64,000 bases of DNA from Candidatus Hadarchaeota archaeon (GTDB lineage: Archaea > Hadarchaeota > Hadarchaeia > Hadarchaeales > Hadarchaeaceae), in NCBI GenBank assembly GCA_040755315.1, contig JBFMBF010000002.1:13361-77360 (forward strand). Reading direction: 5' to 3'. Positions 62,701-64,000 of this stretch are shown in pieces (position 1 is the stretch's first letter; each line of letters starts with the position of its first letter). The position numbers and the translations under genes were made by a program. The notes below the pieces were generated by a model that did no database searches, was not told the DNA's origin, and worked only from the letters and a program-made list of their open reading frames with translations.

Positions 62701-63999
62701 TTCAGGAGTTGCGAGAGTTGGCGGTGATGGGGCGCTAGTGTCAATTGTTATCCGCCTGTTTTCAATCGACCAACCGAAGTTGCCAAAGTTGTCCACCGCC
62801 GCCGCCCTCCAGTACCAGATGCCGTCGGGGATACTGTTTTCGGGTGTGTGCTGGTTGTCCGTTATGCCTACTTTGTAGTAAATATATGGCGCGGTGAAGT
62901 TCGGTTCATTGTCTATCTGGGCGGCGTAAGTTACCGGACTTGAGATGTCTGTGACCTGGGTCCAGCCGAAGGTCGGTGTGTTGTCGTTAGTTAGGATACT
63001 GTCCAATGGAAAAAGTAGCGATGGGGGAGAGACTCGCGTGTCTGTTTTGAATCTTCTCGTTTCGGACCATGCGCCCCAATTCCATGCATCGTCCCTCGCT
63101 TTGGCCCTCCAGAACCAGATGTTGTCCGAAATTTCAGGGACAGTAAGGAAATTGTCGGTCGTTCTGCCCAAGTTCAGGTTTTGTGTGAAACCTTCGTCCG
63201 TGGAGTAGTCTATTTCATACCCCGCGGCCCCGGGAACATTTACCCAGCTGAAGGTGGGCGTGTTGTCGGCCAAGTTTTCGTTGTCTGCGGGAGATAATAG
63301 GGTGGGAGCCACCGCTGGCGGGGAGGTGTCAATGTTTATTTGTCGGGGTTGAGTCCAAGACCCAGCATTTCCAACGTTGTCAACGGCCCTGACTTTCCAA
63401 TACAAAGTGCCATCTGGCAAAGAAATATTCTCGGCCAGAGTGTAATTGATGTATTGGGTAACGTCGGTCAGCCACTGATACCATTCGCCCTCTTTCCAGT
63501 AGCTCCAATACGCAACTCGGGTGTCCGGGATGTTTTGGACTTTTGCCTGCACTGGCTCGGAAAAGTTCACATCGTTGTCTATCCAGATCTCATAAGTCAC
63601 CGGTGGGCTTTGGAGATCCGTCGTGTAAATCCAAGTAAAAATTGGAGTTGAATCATTTATGGTTTGGTCATTGTCTGGTTTGGTTAGGGACGGCGTGCCA
63701 GGCGGAGTGGCGTCTATGATGAAGCTACCTTCGTTGCCCCACGCAAAGTTTGGCACTCCGTCGGCGACCAAAACCTTCCAGTAATAGGTTCCGTCTGACA
63801 GTTCAACAGTTGATGTATAGTTTGAAACTAGCGTCCCATTCTCATTTTCGATTATTGGACCGGAGTAGCTTCCTCCATATACTGTCCACAAAGACCCCCC
63901 GACGTTAACTGTGACGTATTGGGACGGGCCTGAAACAAACGGATTGTCGTCCACGTACAGATAGTATCTGATTGGCCCAACTTGGTCCGTCACGTCTGA
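53797..63999 (-). CDS. Giant membrane-anchored surface protein: FN3-like repeat array with an embedded S8 subtilase (5' end outside the window)
   Basis: A single ORF of more than 3,398 codons is still open at the window edge; the codons upstream of GTG 63993 are sense. It has about 23 repeats of about 100 aa, an internal I9 + S8 + CarboxypepD_reg cassette, a Pro9 hinge, Ig-like/He_PIG-like domains, one C-terminal TM helix and a 34-aa tail. Confidence 0.85.
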   Translation of the reverse strand, partial: SDVTDQVGPIRYYLYVDDNPFVSGPSQYVTVNVGGSLWTVYGGSYSGPIIENENGTLVSNYTSTVELSDGTYYWKVLVADGVPNFAWGNEGSFIIDATPPGTPSLTKPDNDQTINDSTPIFTWIYTTDLQSPPVTYEIWIDNDVNFSEPVQAKVQNIPDTRVAYWSYWKEGEWYQWLTDVTQYINYTLAENISLPDGTLYWKVRAVDNVGNAGSWTQPRQINIDTSPPAVAPTLLSPADNENLADNTPTFSWVNVPGAAGYEIDYSTDEGFTQNLNLGRTTDNFLTVPEISDNIWFWRAKARDDAWNWGAWSETRRFKTDTRVSPPSLLFPLDSILTNDNTPTFGWTQVTDISSPVTYAAQIDNEPNFTAPYIYYKVGITDNQHTPENSIPDGIWYWRAAAVDNFGNFGWSIENRRITIDTSAPSPPTLATPENNSFTNDNTPTFTWSRPLDFSGVTYDFQLDNDPGCGSPFYENSGMTDNTITLPAGNALGENSYYWRVRASDSWGYVGSWSSIYKFSVDTQPPTDAPLLISPAPGENTRDNTPSFQWSAVAGAARYEIWVDNDLSFSSPEIRENTTAVSYTSGIPLVDNIYYWRVRAVDNAGNVGINWSDTWWLRVDNTVTAPTLSSPTDGKYENDNAPTFSWAAVADPSSPVVYRLQISRNSAFTSIIYDNGNVTGVSVEIENQLPDNVYYWRVMARDNLNNENWSAYRMITVDVTPPSSSVNQIIPYWQNSPSFTITATASDAPSGVERATLWYRYSTDNVWWSNWTENDNDLASPWSWTFTPPNGDGFYQFYTTSKDRANNAETAPGIADASCGSDSTSPGIPALVSPENDNHQNDNTPFFDWGPVSDSTGPNYTLQIDNMPNFSTPRTYSGITVSEYYIPGGEALQDNRYYWRVRAYDSAGNTGSWSETRWFVIDTIPPGAPVLISPENGSGFDDNTPYFGWNENIDNWVSSEVLSSSSFTGFSSSGSTSGTTISFGANNGITAFQSADTAGAGEKQQKKSAREKLAPGLARKLESARPGETIKIVVRLKSADLSGVSSDKAAEVMKNHAQNLQANATNVLRRQGARILNQFWLANAVVAEVNVDTLNELVSLEEVEQVHEDFIIQAPKPESENIGTLQTNAWGLDKIRAPQVWAMGDNGDGIRVAVLDTGVSISHPDLTGKMLTDNAEDPTYPGGWIEFDDLGSRVLSSTPHDTDDHGTHTSGTVLGDNTSGTAIGVAPGAKLMHALVLPYGSGSFSQVIAGMQWAVSPVNQYGNPAGQKAHVVSMSFGAYGYYDTLIEPIRNMAANGVVPVAAIGNDYYGSSSSPGNVYDAFGIGATDSSDVIASFSSGETVYKAWWSSPPSDWPNSYIKPDFSAPGVSVYSSIPGGSWASYSGTSMATPHVAGTVALMLKANPSLTVSDVYQILQGTAVDLGTAGKDDRYGYGRIDAYDAVTMAQTWGGTVIKGYVRDVSTLAGIRGATVTIVEKSVTGITDENGFYTMSSSPGNYTLRASAYGYRDNVSGVTVTENQAVTVDFLLSSSRYERYRLVIDNENDFSSPIYDNILKDNFDNFDLHPENVLPEDNYYWRVMAIDRAGNTSPWSPVYVIWSYVRAPTLYSPKNSSVVADNRPMFTWLTVNDPNGVTYHLQVDNDNDFSLPRYDNNNISGTSLRLPQENELNATGTWYWRVSARDGINPENWSDNWKFTYSYVGKPALFYPENNVPIRDNTPQFQWENGTNASKHRIMVDNDNDLSSPIDNVVVVGDNKWTKPSPGYPDGTYYWSVWSMDSAGTENENKAENTWQFTVNTAFTGGPSPLLTPENNYFISDNTPYFSWTTAFPGAGAATITYHLQVDNDEDFSSPYYNDLSINENRDNFDTHPADALPEGLWYWRVREQDDNGNVGSWRENRFTVDTAFPSPVYLLSPTTGNYENDNRPSFRWMGGSDTNFVAYRLQVDDDSNYASPRYDNDNISGTSLQLPQENELNATGTWYWRVGSQDRAGNVRWSDNWTFNLDNAAPSTPSPVSPDNNKFENDNTPTFKWTQPETPENYSLQIDNDNDFSSPVTIANILDNENTLAAGLADGVYYWRVCMYDRARNFSGWSNYYRLVIDTKAPGKPTLMSPPNNTADNRAAQTFTWVENVDEWAPGFENYAIQIDDDPSFASPYENENNDNNFTYNFPATGIYYWRVRAMDNAKNFGQWSDNWRIIIDIAPPGTPTLEKPENGENINDPTPFFNWSSVGDTSGVTYTLQVDDNNDFSSPIYNKQNIAPSEHTMENSLTYDNVWYWRVKTIDGAGNSGGLAAGRFRLDTVLAAPTLLQPSLNETVTDSTPVFRWTKSENNENYRLQVDNDNDFSSPIYDNSELTENRDNFDTHTENSLADGLWYWRVFVRDTAGNENSSSNSWFNIDTKVLKPTPLSPENNSFTNDNTPRFDWQAVVDISEVQYGVFVWRLDNTVARQYSGLSISEQTIPDGDALPDNTYIWGVKVSDIVGNENWSDNRKLIIDTQKPACTTLVSPAEGSAENTSKPTFRWSTVENADNYELVISQDNALALVVRRKSNIKENLYMLSEIEALTDNLYYWAVQSGDNAGNASGFTSARSFKVDVQAPPAPSLSSPQNGLLTNDNTPSFTWSAVYDFSGVKYRIQLDYDADFTLPYVYDNENILDNSHTAVSELPNGILYWRVVATDNSGNSSISSSRWLLIDTIPPAAPTLESPVNFLKDDNTPLFDWLGVANESGVTYWTVVDNDNDFSSAIYDSGGLNSSSLQLGAELLDGLYYWRVRAEEGAGNIGQWSENRTLIIDTQPPKVENYRLQITLFEENENKRENNYVTLENIGFIRDNTPRLWLLITDQGAGILENFRLWLDNENTFSGAMLIQSENSYLENRDGTRIRIRTDNFMQVELAENTYYLKLQVYDNISAGAGGPHYTELVWSFVIDVTAPAQPPQWLENTWHKDNAPTFMWGEIYDTDNKKLWRYQLQISTDNSHENMIYDNAWIYDNAVCDNTVIFTIPTELPDNNYYRRVRGIDNAGNQGPWSESRWFGVDATNPHAALSPLSQTINSGADASFIVTATDAMSGVKNIERMVDSGNWENVSANFTVSGLGVGGHTIKVRVWDNATNVSQENSASVTVQESSPPPPPPPPPEQPGSPGSSASISVSISPSSATVVAGESVDVNVGVTASGVSSASLSYDALPSNISASWVGSSSGAPPFTTKLRITTATGASSCQITITASGGGAQSSQVFSLTVTAAPSSSSPNITTLTLPNGTVGTLYSQNLSATGGTPPYTWSLHSGSLPAGLNLSTGGTISGIPSAQETFDFTVKVMDANSQTDTQSLSIYISTSSTLPGSSPPPPSGGTTGAPDIVIIGAGAAVGVFAVVAVVAFKKFRKPEMGIPKMPKAPSGPSAPKMPKAPKEEEW
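53902..53964 (-). other. C-terminal transmembrane anchor of the giant protein
   Basis: The hydrophobic helix 'IVIIGAGAAVGVFAVVAVVAF' is followed by KKFRK. Confidence 0.8.
54035..54283 (-). other. He_PIG-like 'putative Ig' domain inside the giant ORF
   Basis: 'LPNGTVGTLYSQNLSATGGTPPYTWSLHSGSLPAGLNLSTGGTISGIPSAQETFDFTVKVMDANSQTDTQSLSI' is the classic L-P-x-G-x-x-G-x-x-Y ... GG-x-x-P-Y-x-[WF] ... LP-x-GL-x-L ... G-x-[IL]-S-G-x-P pattern. Confidence 0.75.
54619..54645 (-). other. Pro9 hinge inside the giant ORF
   Basis: Nine consecutive proline codons ('SSPPPPPPPPPEQPGSPG') separate the repeat region from the C-terminal Ig-like domains. Confidence 0.9.
58060..58149 (-). repeat. 90-nt tract, copy 1, 87/90 identical to 58975..59064
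   Basis: GACCCGCCAGTACCAGGTACCTGTCGCGTTCAGCTCATTTTCCTGTGGCAAC... encodes 'RYDNDNISGTSLQLPQENELNATGTWYWRV'. The first 51 nt are identical between the two copies. Confidence 0.85.
58975..59064 (-). repeat. 90-nt tract, copy 2, 87/90 identical to 58060..58149
   Basis: It encodes 'RYDNNNISGTSLRLPQENELNATGTWYWRV' and lies exactly 915 nt (three repeat units) from copy 1. The flanks are diverged. Confidence 0.85.
59425..59660 (-). other. Carboxypeptidase-regulatory-like beta-sandwich domain inside the giant ORF
   Basis: 'GTVIKGYVRDVSTLAGIRGATVTIVEKSVTGITDENGFYTMSSSPGNYTLRASAYGYRDNVSGVTVTENQAVTVDFLL' matches the CarboxypepD_reg pattern. Confidence 0.7.
59690..60620 (-). other. S8 subtilisin-like serine protease catalytic domain inside the giant ORF
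   Basis: The catalytic triad contexts are D in 'IRVAVLDTGV' (60535..60537), H in 'DDHGTHTSGT' (60388..60390) and S in 'SGTSMATPHVAG' (59848..59850). Confidence 0.9.
60665..60915 (-). other. Peptidase inhibitor I9-like propeptide region inside the giant ORF
   Basis: The stretch 'TIKIVVRLKSADLSG ... ARILNQFWLANAVVAEVNVDTLNELVSLEEVEQVHEDFIIQA' has an alpha/beta pattern typical of subtilase propeptides. Confidence 0.6.
61135..63999 (-). repeat. N-terminal block of about 8.5 FN3-like repeats (period about 290-315 nt)
   Basis: The recurrent consensus is 'P.L.SP.....DNTPTF.W ... Y.LQ[IV]DND.[DN]FSSP ... L.DG.YYWRVRA.D.AGN...WS....F.IDT..P'. The units are diverged at the DNA level. One SGV-type Ig-like domain is intercalated. 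Confidence 0.8.
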
Positions 64000-64000
64000 C

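Overview
The window is a compact archaeal chromosomal segment, well over 90% coding on both strands, with many 4-nt ATGA start/stop overlaps. All family assignments come from motif recognition by eye; no searches were run. I saw no rRNA, tRNA or CRISPR array.

Core archaeal markers:
- glycerol-1-phosphate dehydrogenase (egsA) and proteasome beta subunit
- aCPSF1/FttA-type KH + beta-CASP nuclease, a ZPR1-type zinc-finger protein, SepF and a PUA-domain protein
- ribosomal block uL11-uL1-uL10(P0), and an Sm protein followed by eL37
- ArgRS, class I CCA-adding enzyme, Lhr-type helicase and TiaS
- ApgM, a RecJ/GAN-like DHH protein, ATP-dependent DNA ligase and a DacZ-type diadenylate cyclase

Metabolic genes:
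- tungsten-type aldehyde:ferredoxin oxidoreductase and a PfkB kinase
- glycerate 2-kinase and class I fumarase alpha/beta
- AMP-forming acetyl-CoA synthetase
- a thiolase / OB-fold-SDR fusion / CoA-transferase operon

Accessory content:
- two back-to-back toxin-antitoxin-like modules at the left edge
- one IS5-family insertion sequence with inverted repeats and a perfect 9-bp target duplication
- a frameshifted Zn-phospholipase-C-like gene
- several signal-peptide proteins with a C-terminal TM anchor
- a MinD / degenerate KaiC-like / pilin-like / secreted-protein operon
- a MoaD/SAMP-like protein with four residues after its Gly-Gly

The most unusual locus is on the minus strand at the right edge. 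An ORF of more than 3,398 codons runs off the window. It contains about 23 FN3-like repeats, and a complete subtilase zymogen cassette appears to be inserted inside one of them. It ends in a polyproline hinge, Ig-like domains, a TM anchor and a short repetitive tail.
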